From Lingula anatina (lineage: Eukaryota > Animalia > Brachiopoda): a DNA stretch of 64,000 nucleotides. The stretch is from the NCBI GenBank assembly GCA_051362555.1, contig JBPQGU010000016.1, forward strand, positions 6,386,001 to 6,450,000, written 5' to 3'. This document shows positions 9,301-24,300 of the stretch, one piece after another (position 1 is the stretch's first letter; each line of letters opens with the position of its first letter). The position numbers and the translations under genes were made by a program. The notes below the pieces were generated by a model. That model did no database searches. It saw only the letters and a list, made by a program, of their open reading frames with translations, and was not told the DNA's origin.

Positions 9301-12300
9301 GATTGATTTTCGTCACTTTTTGGAAAAATCCAAGACGGGTCGATTTTTGGTGATTTTGAGTGATTTTGAACAGTGCCTGCACTGTGAGATTTCTTCAATT
9401 TTGGCCAGGTAGGGATGAAAATTTTTTTTCTTCATTATAGTGTCAGGTAGGTGTGTTCGGTCATTTGTAGTAAGAATAAAGTGCTGGAAGAGTGGTGGTG
9501 TCAACATTAAGGAAGAAATAGAGCAAAAACTCTCTCTCCCCCCCCCCTCTCAGATTCTGTTCTCAGAGCTTATTTTTGGATCATCTTTAAAGCTAGAATT
9601 GGGGGCCTTGATGAAGTGACCCGGGCGCGTTTCCACATTTTTTATGAATGACAGGTGTGGTAGATTGATTTTCGTCACTTTTTGGAAAAATCGGAGACGG
9701 GTCGATTTTTGGTGATTTTGAGTGATTTTGAACAGTGCCGGCACTGTGAGATTTCTTCAATTTTGGCCAGGTAGGGATGAAAATTTTTTTTCTTCATTAT
9801 AGTGTCAGGTAGGTGTGTTCGGTCATTTGTAGTAAGAATAAAGTGCTGGAAGAGTGGTGGTGTCAACATTAAGGAAGAAATAGAGCAAAAACTCTCTCTC
9901 CCCCCCCCTCTCAGATTCTGTTCTCAGAGCTTATTTTTGGATCATCTTTAAAGCTAGAATTGGGGGCCTTGATGAAGTGACCCGGGCGCGTTTCCACATT
10001 TTTTATGAATGACAGATATGGTAGATTGATTTTCGTCACTTTTTGGAAAAATCGGAGACGGGTCGATTTTTGGTGATTTTGAGTGATTTTGAACAGTGGC
10101 TGCACTGTGAGATTTCTTCAATTTTGGCCAGGTAGGGATGAAATTTTTTTTTCTTCATTATAGTGTCAGGTAGGTGTGTTCGGTCATTTGTAGTAAGAAT
10201 AAAGTGCTGGAAGAGTGGTGGTGTCAAAATTAAGGAAGAAATAGAGCAAAAACTCTCTCTCCCCCCCCCTCAGATTCTGATCTCAGAGCTTATTTTTGGA
10301 TCATCTTTAAAGCTAGAATTGGGGGCCTTGATGAAGTGACCCGGGCGCGTTTCCACATTTTTTATGAATGACAGGTGTGGTAGATTGATTTTCGTCACTT
10401 TTTGGAAAAATCGGAGACGGGTCAATTTTTGGTGATTTTGAGTGATTTTGAACAGTGCCGGCACTGTGAGATTTCTTCAATTTTGGCCAGGTAGGGATGA
10501 AAATTTTTTTTCTTCATTATAGTGTCAGGTAGGTTTGTTCAGTCATTTGTAGTAAGAATAAAGTGCTGGAAGAGTGGTGGTGTCAACATTAAGGAAGAAA
10601 TAGAGCAAAAACTCTCTCTCCCCCCCCCTCTCAGATTCTGTTCTCAGAGCTTATTTTTGGATCATCTTTAAAGCTAGAATTGGGGGCCTTGATGAAGTGA
10701 CCCGGGCGCGTTTCCACATTTTTTATGAATGACAGGTGTGGTAGATTGATTTTCGTCACTTTTTGGAAAAATCCAAGACGGGTCGATTTTTGGTGATTTT
10801 GAGTGATTTTGAACAGTGCCTGCACTGTGAGATTTCTTCAATTTTGGCCAGGTAGGGATGAAAATTTTTTTTCTTCATTATAGTGTCAGGTAGGTGTGTT
10901 CGGTCATTTGTAGTAAGAATAAAGTGCTGGAAGAGTGGTGGTGTCAACATTAAGGAAGAAATAGAGCAAAAACTCTCTCTCCCCCCCCCTCTCAGATTCT
11001 GTTCTCAGAGCTTATTTTTGGATCATCTTTAAAGCTAGAATTGGGGGCCTTGATGAAGTGACCCGGGCGCGTTTCCACATTTTTTATGAATGACAGGTGT
11101 GGTAGATTGATTTTCGTCACTTTTTGGAAAAATCGGAGACGGGTCGATTTTTGGTGATTTTGAGTGATTTTGAACAGTGCCGGCACTGTGAGATTTCTTC
11201 AATTTTGGCCAGGTAGGGATGAAAATTTTTTTTCTTCATTATAGTGTCAGGTAGGTGTGTTTGGTCATTTGTAGTAAGAATAAAGTGCTGGAAGAGTGGT
11301 GGTGTCAACATTAAGGAAGAAATAGAGCAAAAACTCTCTCTCCCCCCCCCCCCCCTCTCAGATTCTGTTCTCAGAGCTTATTTTTGGATCATCTTTAAAG
11401 CTAGAATTGGGGGCCTTGATGAAGTGACCCGGGCGCGTTTCCACATTTTTTATGAATGACAGGTGTGGTAGATTGATTTTCGTCACTTTTTGGAAAAATC
11501 CAAGACGGGTCGATTTTTGGTGATTTTGAGTGATTTTGAACAGTGCCTGCACTGTGAGATTTCTTCAATTTTGGCCAGGTAGGGATGAAAATTTTTTTTC
11601 TTCATTATAGTGTCAGGTAGGTGTGTTCGGTCATTTGTAGTAAGAATAAAGTGCTGGAAGAGTGGTGGTGTCAACATTAAGGAAGAAATAGAGCAAAAAC
11701 TCTCTCTCCCCCCCCCTCTCAGATTCTGTTCTCAGAGCTTATTTTTGGATCATCTTTAAAGCTAGAATTGGGGGCCTTGATGAAGTGACCCGGGCGCGTT
11801 TCCACATTTTTTATATATGACAGGTGTGGTAGATTGATTTTCGTCACTTTTTGGAAAAATCGGAGACGGGTCGATTTTTGGTGATTTTGAGTGATTTTGA
11901 ACAGTGCCGGCACTGTGAGATTTCTTCAATTTTGGCCAGGTAGGGATGAAAATTTTTTTTCTTCATTATAGTGTCAGGTAGGTGTGTTTGGTCATTTGTA
12001 GTAAGAATAAAGTGCTGGAAGAGTGGTGGTGTCAACATTAAGGAAGAAATAGAGCAAAAACTCTCTCTCCCCCCCCCCCCCTCTCAGATTCTGTTCTCAG
12101 AGCTTATTTTTGGATCATCTTTAAAGCTAGAATTGGGGGCCTTGATGAAGTGACCCGGGCGCGTTTCCACATTTTTTATGAATGACAGGTGTGGTAATTT
12201 GATTTTCGTCACTTTTTGGAAAAATCGGAGACGGGTCGATTTTTGGTGATTTTGAGTGATTTTGAACAGTGCCGGCACTGTGAGCTTTCTTCAATTTTGG

Positions 12301-15300
12301 CCAGGTAGGGATGAAAATTTTTTTTCTTCATTATAGTGTCAGGTAGGTGTGTTCGGTCATTTGTAGTAAGAATAAAGTGCTGGAAGAGTGGTGGTGTCAA
12401 CATTAAGGAAGAAATAGAGCAAAAACTCTCTCCCCCCCCCCCCCCTCTTAGATTCTGTTCTCAGAGCTTATTTTTGGATCATCTTTAAAGCTAGAATTGG
12501 GGGCCTTGATGAAGTGACCTGGGCGCGTTTCCACATTTTTTATGAATGACAGGTGTGGTAGATTGATTTTTGTCACTTTTTGGAAAAATCGGAGACGGCT
12601 CGATTTTTGGTGATTTTGAGTGATTTTGAACAGTGCCGGCACTGTGAGATTTCTTCAATTTTGGCCAGGTAGGGATGAAAATTTTTTTTCTTCATTATAG
12701 TGTCAGGTAGGTGTGTTCGGTCATTTGTAGTAAGAATAAAGTGCTGGAAGAGTGGTGGTGTCAACATTAAGGAAGAAATAGAGCAAAAACTCTCTCTCCC
12801 CCCCCCCCCTCTCAGATTCTGTTCTCAGAGCTTATTTTTGGATCATCTTTAAAGCTAGAATTGGGGGCCTTGATGAAGTGACCCGGGCGCGTTTCCACAT
12901 TTTTTATGAATGACAGGTGTGGTAGATTGATTTTCGTCACTTTTTGGAAAAATCGGAGACGGGTCGATTTTTGGTGATTTTGAGTGATTTTGAACAGTGC
13001 CGGCACTGTGAGATTTCTTCAATTTTGGCCAGGTAGGAATGAAAATTTTTTTTCTTCACTATAGTGTCAGGTAGGTGTGTTCGGTCATTTGTAGTAAGAA
13101 TAAAGTGCTGGAAGAGTGGTGGTGTCAACATTAAGGAAGAAATAGAGCAAAAACTCTCTTTCCCCCCCCCCTCAGATTCTGATCTCAGAGCTTATTTTTG
13201 GATCATCTTTAAAGCTAGAATTGGGGGCCTTGATGAAGTGACCCGGGCGCGTTTCCACATTTTTTATGAATAACAGGTGGGTAGATTGATTTTCGTCACT
13301 TTTTGGAAAAATCGGAGACGGGTCGATTTTTGGTGATTTTGAGTGATTTTGAACAGTGCCGGCACTGTGAGATTTCTTCAATTTTGGCCAGGTAGGGATG
13401 AAAATTTTTTTTCTTCATTATAGTGTCAGGTAGGTTTGTTCGGTCATTTGTAGTAAGAATAAAGTGCTGGAAGAGTGGTGGTGTCAACATTAAGGAAGAA
13501 ATAGAGCAAAAACTCTCTCTCCCCCCCCCCTCTCAGATTCTGTTCTCAGAGCTTATTTTTGGATCATCTTTAAAGCAAGAATTGTTGGCCTTGATGAAGT
13601 GACCCGGGCGCGTTTCCACATTTTTTATGAATGACAAGTGTGGTAGATTGATTTTCGTCACTTTTTGGAAAAATCCAAAACGGGTCGATTTTTGGTGATT
13701 TTGAGTGATTTTGAACAGTGCCTGCACTGTGAGATTTCTTCAATTTTGGCCAGGTAGGGATGAAAATTTTTTTTGTTCATTATAGTGTCAGGTAGGTGTG
13801 TTCGGTCATTTGTTGAAAGAATAAAGTGCTGGAAGAGTGGTGGTGTCAACATTAAGGAAGAAATAGAGCAAAAACTCTCTCTCCCCCCCCCCCTCTCAGA
13901 TTCTGTTCTCAGAGCTTATTTTTGGATCATCTTTAAAGCTAGAATTGGGGGCCTTGATGAAGTGACCCGGGCGCGTTTCCACATTTTTTATGAATGACAG
14001 GTGTGGTAGATTGATTTTCGTCACTTTTTGGAAAAATCGGAGACGGGTTGATTTTTGGTGATTTTGAGTGATTTTGAACAGTGCCGGCACTGTGAGATTT
14101 CTTCAATTTTGGCCAGGTAGGGATGAAAATTTTTTTTCTTCATTATTGTGTCAGGTAGGTGTGTTCGGTCATTTGTAGTAAGAATAAAGTGCTGGAAGAG
14201 TGGTGGTGTCAACATTAAGGAAGAAATAGAGCAAAAACTCTCTCTCCCCCCCCCCCTCTCAGATTCTGTTCTCAGAGCTTATTTTTGGATCATCTTTAAA
14301 GCTAGAATTGGGGGCCTTGATGAAGTGACCCGGGCGCGTTTCCACATTTTTTATGAATGACAGGTGTGGTAGATTGATTTTCGTCACTTTTTGGAAATAT
14401 CGGAGACAGGTCGATTTTTGGTGATTTTGAGTGATTTTGAACAGTGCTGGCACTGTGAGATTTCTTCAATTTTGGCCAGGTAGGGATGAAAATTTTTTTT
14501 CTTCATTATAGTGTCAGGTAGGTGTGTTCGGTCATTTGTAGTAAGAATAAAGTGCTGGAAGAGTGGTGGTGTCAACATTAAGGAAGAAATAGAGCAAAAA
14601 CTCTCTCTCCCCCCCCCTCTCAGATTCTGTTCTCAGAGCTTATTTTTGGATCATCTTTAAAGCTAGAATTGGGGGCCTTGATAAAGTGACCCGGGTGCGT
14701 TTCCACATTTTTTATGAATGACAGGTGTGGTAGATTGATTTTCGTCACTTTTTGGAAAAATCGGAGACGGGTCGATTTTTGGTGATTTTGAGTGATTTTG
14801 AACAGTGCCGGCACTGTGAGATTTCTTCAATTTTGCCCAGGTAGGGATGAAAATTTTTTTTCTTCATTATAGTGTCAGGTAGGTGTGTTCGGTCATTTGT
14901 AGTAAGAATAAAGTGCTGGAAGAGTGGTGGTGTCAACATTAAGGAAGAAATAGAGCAAAAACTCTCTTTCCCCCTCCCCTCTCAGATTCTGTTCTCAGAG
15001 CTTATTTTTGGATCATCTTTAAAGCTAGAATTGGGGGCCTTGATGAAGTGACCCGGGCGCGTTTCCACATTTTTTATGAATGACAGGTGTGGTAGATTGA
15101 TTTTCGTCACTTTTTGGAAAAATCGGAGACGGGTCGATTTTTGGTGATTTTGAGTGATTTTGAACAGTGCCGGCACTGTGAGATTTCTTCAATTTTGGCC
15201 AGGTAGGGATGAAAATTTTTTTTCTTCATTATAGTGTCAGGTAGGTGTGTTCGGTCATTTGTAGTAAGAATAAAGTGCTGGAAGAGTGGTGGTGTCAACA

Positions 15301-18300
15301 TTAAGGAAGAAATAGAGCAAAAACTCTCTCTCCCCCCCCCCCTCTCAGATTCTGTTCTCAGAGCTTATTTTTGGATCATCTTTAAAGCTAGAATTGGGGG
15401 CCTTGATCAAGTGACCCGGGCGCGTTTCCACATTTTTTATGAATGACAGGTGTGGTAGATTGATTTTCGTCACTTTTTGGGAAAAATCGGAGACGGGTCG
15501 ATTTTTGGTGATTTTGAGTGATTTTAAACAGTGCCGGCACTGTGAGATTTCATCAATTTTGGCCAGGTAGGGATGAAAATTTTTTTTGTTCATTATAGTG
15601 TCAGGTAGGTGTGTTCGGTCATTTGTTGAAAGAATAAAGTGCTGGAAGAGTGGTGGTGTCAACATTAAGGAAGAAATAGAGCAAAAACTCTCTCTCCCCC
15701 CCCCCCTCTCAGATTCTGTTCTCAGAGCTTATTTTTGGATCATCTTTAAAGCTAGAATTGGGGGCCTTGATGAAGTGACCCGGGCGCGTTTCCACATTTT
15801 TTATGAATGACAGGTGTGGTAGATTGATTTTCGTCACTTTTTGGAAAAATCGGAGACGGGTCGATTTTTGGTGATTTTGAGTGATTTTGAACAGTGCCGG
15901 CACTGTGAGATTTCTTCAATTTTGCCCAGGTAGGGATGAAAATTTTTTTTCTTCATTATAGTGTCAGGTAGGTGTGTTCGGTCATTTGTAGTAAGAATAA
16001 AGTGCTGGAAGAGTGGTGGTGTCAACATTAAGGAAAAAATAGAGCAAAAACTCTCTTTCCCCCTCCCCTCTCAGATTCTGTTCTCAGAGCTTATTTTTGG
16101 ATCATCTTTAAAGCTAGAATTGGGGGCCTTGATGAAGTGACCTGGGCGCGTTTCCACATTTTTATGAATGACAGGTGTGGTAGATTGATTTTCGTCACTT
16201 TTTGGAAAAATCGGAGACGGGTCGATTTTTGGTGATTTTGAGTGATTTTGAACAGTGCCGGCACTGTGAGATTTCTTCAATTTTGGCCAGGTAGGGATGA
16301 AAATTTTTTTTCTTCATTATAGTGTCAGGTAGGTGTGTTCGGTCATTTGTAGTAAGAATAAAGTGCTGGAAGAGTGGTGGTGTCAACATTAAGGAAGAAA
16401 TAGAGCAAAAACTCTCTCTCCCCCCCCCTCTCAGATTCTGTTCTCAGAGCTTATTTTTGGATCATCTTTAAAGCTAGAATTGGGGGCCTTGATGAAGTGA
16501 CCCGGGCACGTTTCCACATTTTTTATGAATGACAGGTGTGGTAGATTGATTTTCGTCACTTTTTGGAAAAATCGGAGACGGGTCGATTTTTGGTGATTTT
16601 GAGTGATTTTGAACAGTGCCGGCACTGTGAGATTTCTTCAATTTTGGCCAGGTAGGGATGAAAATTTTTTTTCTTCATTATAGTGTCAGGTAGGTGTGTT
16701 CGGTCATTTGTAGTAAGAATAAAGTGCTGGAAGAGTGGTGGTGTCAACATTAAGGAAGAAATAGAGCAAAAACTCTCTCTCCCCCCCCCCCCTCTCAGAT
16801 TCTGTTCTCAGAGCTTATTTTTGGATCATCTTTAAAGCTAGAATTGGGGGCCTTGATGAAGTGACCCGGGCGCGTTTCCACATTTTTTATGAATGACAGG
16901 TGTGGTAGATTGATTTTCGTCACTTTTTGGAAAAATCAGAGACGGGTCGATTTTTGGTGATTTTGAGTGATTTTGAACAGTGCAGGCACTGTGAGATTTC
17001 TTCAATTTTGGCCAGGTAGGGATGAAAATTTTTTTTCTTCATTATAGTGTCAGGTAGGTGTGTTCGGTCATTTGTAGTAAGAATAAAGTGCTGGAAGAGT
17101 GGTGGTGTCAACATTAAGGAAGAAATAGAGCAAAAACTCTCTCTCCCCCCCCCCTCTCAGATTCTGTTCTCAGAGCTTATTTTTGGATCATCTTTAAAGC
17201 TAGAATTGGGGGCCTTGATGAAGTGACCCGGGCGCGTTTCCACATTTTTTATGAATGACAGGTGTGGTAGATTGATTTTCGTCACTTTTTGGAAAAATCG
17301 GAGACGGGTCGATTTTTGGTGATTTTGAGTGATTTTGAACAGTGCCAGCACTGTGAGATTTCTTCAATTTTGGCCAGGTAGGGATGAAAATTTTTTTTCT
17401 TCATTATAGTGTCAGGTAGGTGTGTTCGGTCATTTGTAGTAAGGAGAAAGTGCTGGAAGAGTGGTGGTGTCAACATTAAGGAAGAAATAGAGCAAAAACT
17501 CTCTCTCCCCCCCCCTCAGATTCTGTTCTCAGAGCTTATTTTTGGATCATCTTTAAAGCTAGAATTGGGGGCCTTGATGAAGTGACCCGGGCGCGTTTCC
17601 ACATTTTTTATGAATGACAGGTGTGGTAGATTGATTTTCGTCACTTTTTGGAAAAATCGGAGACGGGTTGATTTTTGGTGTTTTTGAGTGATTTTGAACA
17701 GTGCCGGCACTGTGAGATTTCTTCAATTTTGGCCAGGTAGGGATGAAAATTTTTTTTCTTCATTATTGTGTCAGGTAGGTGTGTTCGGTCATTTGTAGTA
17801 AGAATAAAGTGCTGGAAGAGTGGTGGTGTCAACATTAAGGAAGAAATAGAGCAAAAACTCTCTCTCCCCCCCCCTCTCAGATTCTGTTCTCAGAGCTTAT
17901 TTTTGGATCATCTTTAAAGCTAGAATTGGGGGCCTTGATGAAGTGACCCGGGCGCGTTTCCACATTTTTTATGAATGACAGGTGTGGTAGATTGATTTTC
18001 GTCACTTTTTGGAAAAATCGGAGACGGGTCGATTTTTGGTGATTTTGAGTGATTTTGAACAGTGCCGGCACTGTGAGATTTCTTCAATTTTGGCCAGGTA
18101 GGGATGAAAATTTTTTTTCTTCATTATAGTGTCAGGTAGGTGTGTTCGGTCATTTGTAGTAAGAATAAAGTGCTGGAAGAGTGGTGGTGTCAACATTAAG
18201 GAAGAAATAGAGCAAAAACTCTCTCTCCCCCCCCCCCTCTCAGATTCTGTTCTCAGAGCTTATTTTTGGATCATCTTTAAAGCTAGAATTGGGGGCCTTG

Positions 18301-21300
18301 ATGAAGTGACCCGGGCGCGTTTCCACATTTTTTATGAATGACAGGTGTGGTAGATTGATTTTCGTCACTTTTTGGAAAAATCGGAGACGGGTCGATTTTT
18401 GGTGATTTTGAGTGATTTTGAACAGTGCCGGCACTGTGAGATTTCCTCAATTTTGGCCAGGTAGGGATGAAAATTTTTTTTCTTCATTATAGTGTCAGGT
18501 AGGTGTGTTCGGTCATTTGTAGTAAGAATAAAGTGCTGGAAGAGTGGTGGTGTCAACATTAAGGAAGAAATAGAGCAAAAACTCTCTCTCCCCCCCCCCC
18601 CCCCTCTCAGATTCTGTTCTCAGAGCTTATTTTTGGATCATCTTTAAAGCTAGAATTGGGGGCCTTGATGAAGTGACCCGGGCGCGTTTCCACATTTTTT
18701 ATGAATGACAGGTGTGGTAGATTGATTTTCGTCACTTTTTGGAAAAATCAGAGACGGGTCGATTTTTGGTGATTTTGAGTGATTTTGAACAGTGCAGGCA
18801 CTGTGAGATTTCTTCAATTTTGGCCAGGTAGGGATGAAAATTTTTTTTCTTCATTATAGTGTCAGGTAGGTGTGTTCGGTCATTTGTAGTAAGAATAAAG
18901 TGCTGGAAGAGTGGTGGTGTCAACATTAAGGAAGAAATAGAGCAAAAACTCTCTCTCCCCCCCCCCTCTCAGATTCTGTTCTCAGAGCTTATTTTTGGAT
19001 CATCTTTAAAGCTAGAATTGGGGGCCTTGATGAAGTGACCCGGGCGCGTTTCCACATTTTTTATGAATGACAGGTGTGGTAGATTGATTTTCGTCACTTT
19101 TTGGAAAAATCGGAGACGGGTCGATTTTTGGTGATTTTGAGTGATTTTGAACAGTGCCAGCACTGTGAGATTTCTTCAATTTTGGCCAGGTAGGGATGAA
19201 AATTTTTTTTCTTCATTATAGTGTCAGGTAGGTGTGTTCGGTCATTTGTAGTAAGGAGAAAGTGCTGGAAGAGTGGTGGTGTCAACATTAAGGAAGAAAT
19301 AGAGCAAAAACTCTCTCTCCCCCCCCCTCAGATTCTGTTCTCAGAGCTTATTTTTGGATCATCTTTAAAGCTAGAATTGGGGGCCTTGATGAAGTGACCC
19401 GGGCGCGTTTCCACATTTTTTATGAATGACAGGTGTGGTAGATTGATTTTCGTCACTTTTTGGAAAAATCGGAGACGGGTTGATTTTTGGTGTTTTTGAG
19501 TGATTTTGAACAGTGCCGGCACTGTGAGATTTCTTCAATTTTGGCCAGGTAGGGATGAAAATTTTTTTTCTTCATTATTGTGTCAGGTAGGTGTGTTCGG
19601 TCATTTGTAGTAAGAATAAAGTGCTGGAAGAGTGGTGGTGTCAACATTAAGGAAGAAATAGAGCAAAAACTCTCTCTCCCCCCCCCCCTCTCAGATTCTG
19701 TTCTCAGAGCTTATTTTTGGATCATCTTTAAAGCTAGAATTGGGGGCCTTGATGAAGTGACCCGGGCGCGTTTCCACATTTTTTATGAATGACAGGTGTG
19801 GTAGATTGATTTTCGTCACTTTTTGGAAAAATCGGAGACGGGTCGATTTTTGGTGATTTTGAGTGATTTTGAACAGTGCCGGCACTGTGAGATTTCCTCA
19901 ATTTTGGCCAGGTAGGGATGAAAATTTTTTTTCTTCATTATAGTGTCAGGTAGGTGTGTTCGGTCATTTGTAGTAAGAATAAAGTGCTGGAAGAGTGGTG
20001 GTGTCAACATTAAGGAAGAAATAGAGCAAAAACTCTCTCTCCCCCCCCCCCCCTCTCAGATTCTGTTCTCAGAGCTTATTTTTGGATCATCTTTAAAGCT
20101 AGAATTGGGGGCCTTGATGAAGTGACCCGGGCGCGTTTCCACATTTTTTATGAATGACAGGTGTGGTAGATTGATTTTCGTCACTTTTTGGAAAAATCAG
20201 AGACGGGTCGATTTTTGGTGATTTTGAGTGATTTTGAACAGTGCAGGCACTGTGAGATTTCTTCAATTTTGGCCAGGTAGGGATGAAAATTTTTTTTCTT
20301 CATTATAGTGTCAGGTAGGTGTGTTCGGTCATTTGTAGTAAGAATAAAGTGCTGGAAGAGTGGTGGTGTCAACATTAAGGAAGAAATAGAGCAAAAACTC
20401 TCTCTCCCCCCCCCTCTCAGATTCTGTTCTCAGAGCTTATTTTTGGATCATCTTTAAAGCTAGAATTGGGGGCCTTGATGAAGTGACCCGGGCGCGTTTC
20501 CACATTTTTTATGAATGACAGGTGTGGTAGATTGATTTTCGTCACTTTTTGGAAAAATCGGAGACGGGTCGATTTTTGGTGATTTTGAGTGATTTTGAAC
20601 AGTGCCAGCACTGTGAGATTTCTTCAATTTTGGCCAGGTAGGGATGAAAATTTTTTTTCTTCATTATAGTGTCAGGTAGGTGTGTTCGGTCATTTGTAGT
20701 AAGGAGAAAGTGCTGGAAGAGTGGTGGTGTCAACATTAAGGAAGAAATAGAGCAAAAACTCTCTCTCCCCCCCCTCAGATTCTGTTCTCAGAGCTTATTT
20801 TTGGATCATCTTTAAAGCTAGAATTGGGGGCCTTGATGAAGTGACCCGGGCGCGTTTCCACATTTTTTATGAATGACAGGTGTGGTAGATTGATTTTCGT
20901 CACTTTTTGGAAAAATCGGAGACGGGTTGATTTTTGGTGTTTTTGAGTGATTTTGAACAGTGCCGGCACTGTGAGATTTCTTCAATTTTGGCCAGGTAGG
21001 GATGAAAATTTTTTTTCTTCATTATTGTGTCAGGTAGGTGTGTTCGGTCATTTGTAGTAAGAATAAAGTGCTGGAAGAGTGGTGGTGTCAACATTAAGGA
21101 AGAAATAGAGCAAAAACTCTCTCTCCCCCCCCCCCTCTCAGATTCTGTTCTCAGAGCTTATTTTTGGATCATCTTTAAAGCTAGAATTGGGGGCCTTGAT
21201 GAAGTGACCCGGGCGCGTTTCCACATTTTTTATGAATGACAGGTGTGGTAGATTGATTTTCGTCACTTTTTGGAAAAATCGGAGACGGGTCGATTTTTGT

Positions 21301-24300
21301 TGATTTTGAGTGATTTTGAACAGTGCCGGCACTGTGAGATTTCTTCAATTTTGGCCAGGTAGGGATGAAAATTTTTTTTCTTCATTATAGTGTCAGGTAG
21401 GTGTGTTCGGTCATTTGTAGTAAGAATAAAGTGCTGGAAGAGTGGTGGTGTCAACATTAAGGAAGAAATAGAGCAAAAACTCTCTCTCCCCCCCCCCCTC
21501 TCAGATTCTGTTCTCAGAGCTTATTTTTGGATCATCTTTAAAGCTAGAATTGGGGGCCTTGATGAAGTGACCCGGGCGCGTTTCCACATTTTTTATGAAT
21601 GACAGGTGTGGTAGATTGATTTTCGTCACTTTTTGGAAAAATCGGAGACGGGTCGATTTTTGGTGATTTTGAGTGATTTTGAACAGTGCCGGCACTGTGA
21701 GATTTCCTCAATTTTGGCCAGGTAGGGATGAAAATTTTTTTTCTTCATTATAGTGTCAGGTAGGTGTGTTCGGTCATTTGTAGTAAGAATAAAGTGCTGG
21801 AAGAGTGGTGGTGTCAACATTAAGGAAGAAATAGAGCAAAAACTCTCTCTCCCCCCCCCCCCCCTCTCAGATTCTGTTCTCAGAGCTTATTTTTGGATCA
21901 TCTTTAAAGCTAGAATTGGGGGCCTTGATGAAGTGACCCGGGCGCGTTTCCACATTTTTTATGAATGACAGGTGTGGTAGATTGATTTTCGTCACTTTTT
22001 GGAAAAATCGGAGACGGGTCGATTTTTGGTGATTTTGAGTGATTTTGAACAGTGCCGGCACTGTGAGATTTCTTCAATTTTGGCCAGGTAGGGATGAAAA
22101 TTTTTTTTCTTCATTATAGTATCAGGTAGGTGTGTTCGGTCATTTGTAGTAAGGAGAAAGTGCTGGAAGAGTGGTAGTGTCAACATTAAGGAAGAAATAG
22201 AGCAAAAACTCTCTCTCCCCCCCCCCCCTCTCAGATTCTGTTCTTAGAGCTTATTTTTGGATCATCTTTAAAGCTAGAATTGGGGGCCTTGATGAAGTGA
22301 CCCGGGCGCGTTTCCACATTTTTTATGAATGACAGGTGTGGTAGATTGATTTTCGTCACTTTTTGGAAAAATCGGAGACGGGTTGATTTTTGGTGATTTT
22401 GAGTGATTTTGAACGAACTGTGAGATTTCTTCAATTTTGGCCAGGTAGGGATGAAAATTTTTTTTCTTCATTATAGTGTCAGGTAGGTGTGTTCGGTCAT
22501 TTGTAGTAAGAATAAAGTGCTGGAAGAGTGGTGGTGTCAACATTAAGGAAGAAATAGAGCAAAAACTCTCTCTCCCCCCCCCCCCTCTCAGATTCTGTTC
22601 TCAGAGCTTATTTTTGGATCATCTTTAAAGCTAGAATTGGGGGCCTTGATGAAGTGACCCGGGCGCGTTTCCACATTTTTTATGAATGACAGGTGTGGTA
22701 GATTGATTTTCGTCACTTTTTGGAAAAATCGGAGACGGGTCGATTTTTGGTGATTTTGAGTGATTTTGAACAGTGCCGGCACTGTGAGATTTCCTCAATT
22801 TTGGCCAGGTAGGGATGAAAATTTTTTTTCTTCATTATAGTGTCAGGTAGGTGTGTTCGGTCATTTGTAGTAAGAATAAAGTGCTGGAAGAGTGGTGGTG
22901 TCAACATTAAGGAAGAAATAGAGCAAAAACTCTCTCTCCCCCCCCCCCCCTCTCAGATTCTGTTCTCAGAGCTTATTTTTGGATCATCTTTAAAGCTAGA
23001 ATTGGGGGCCTTGATGAAGTGACCCGGGCGCGTTTCCACATTTTTTATGAATGACAGGTGTGGTAGATTGATTTTCGTCACTTTTTGGAAAAATCGGAGA
23101 CGGGTCGATTTTTGGTGATTTTGAGTGATTTTGAACAGTGCCGGCACTGTGAGATTTCTTCTATTTTGGCCAGGTAGGGATGAAAATTTTTTTTCTTCAT
23201 TATAGTGTCAGGTAGGTGTGTTCGGTCATTTGTAGTAAGGAGAAAGTGCTGGAAGAGTGGTAGTGTCAACATTAAGGAAGAAATAGAGCAAAAACTCTCT
23301 CTCCCCCCCCCCCCTCTCAGATTCTGTTCTTAGAGCTTATTTTTGGATCATCTTTAAAGCTAGAATTGGGGGCCTTGATGAAGTGACCCGGGCGCGTTTC
23401 CACATTTTTTATGAATGACAGGTGTGGTAGATTGATTTTCGTCACTTTTTGGAAAAATCGGAGACGGGTTGATTTTTGGTGATTTTGAGTGATTTTGAAC
23501 GAACTGTGAGATTTCTTCAATTTTGGCCAGGTAGGGATGAAAATTTTTTTTCTTCATTATAGTGTCAGGTAGGTGTGTTCGGTCATTTGTAGTAAGAATA
23601 AAGTGCTGGAAGAGTGGTGGTGTCAACATTAAGGAAGAAATAGAGCAAAAACTCTCTCTCCCCCCCCCCTCTCAGATTCTGTTCTCAGAGCTTATTTTTG
23701 GATCATCTTTAAAGCTAGAATTGGGGGCCTTGATGAAGTGACCCGGGCGCGTTTCCACATTTTTTATGAATGACAGGTGTGGTAGATTGATTTTCGTCAC
23801 TTTTTGGAAAAATCGGAGACGGGTCGATTTTTGGTGATTTTGAGTGATTTTGAACAGTGCCGGCACTGTGAGATTTCTTCAATTTTGGCCAGGTAGGGAT
23901 GAAAATTTTTTTTCTTCATTATAGTGTCAGGTAGGTGTGTTCGGTCATTTGTAGTAAGAATAAAGTGCTGGAAGAGTGGTGGTGTCAACATTAAGGAAGA
24001 AATACAGCAAAAACTCTCTTTCCCCCTCCCCTCTCAGATTCTGTTCTCAGAGTTTATTTTTGGATCATCTTTAAAGCTAGAATTGGGGGCCTTGATGAAG
24101 TGACCCGGGCGCGTTTCCACATTTTTTATGAATGACAGGTGTGGTAGATTGATTTTCGTCACTTTTTGGAAATATCGGAGACAGGTCGATTTTTGGTGAT
24201 TTTGAGTGATTTTGAACAGTGCCGGCACTGTGAGATTTCTTCAATTTTGGCCAGGTAGGGATGAAAATTTTTTTTCTTCATTATAGTGTCAGGTAGGTGT

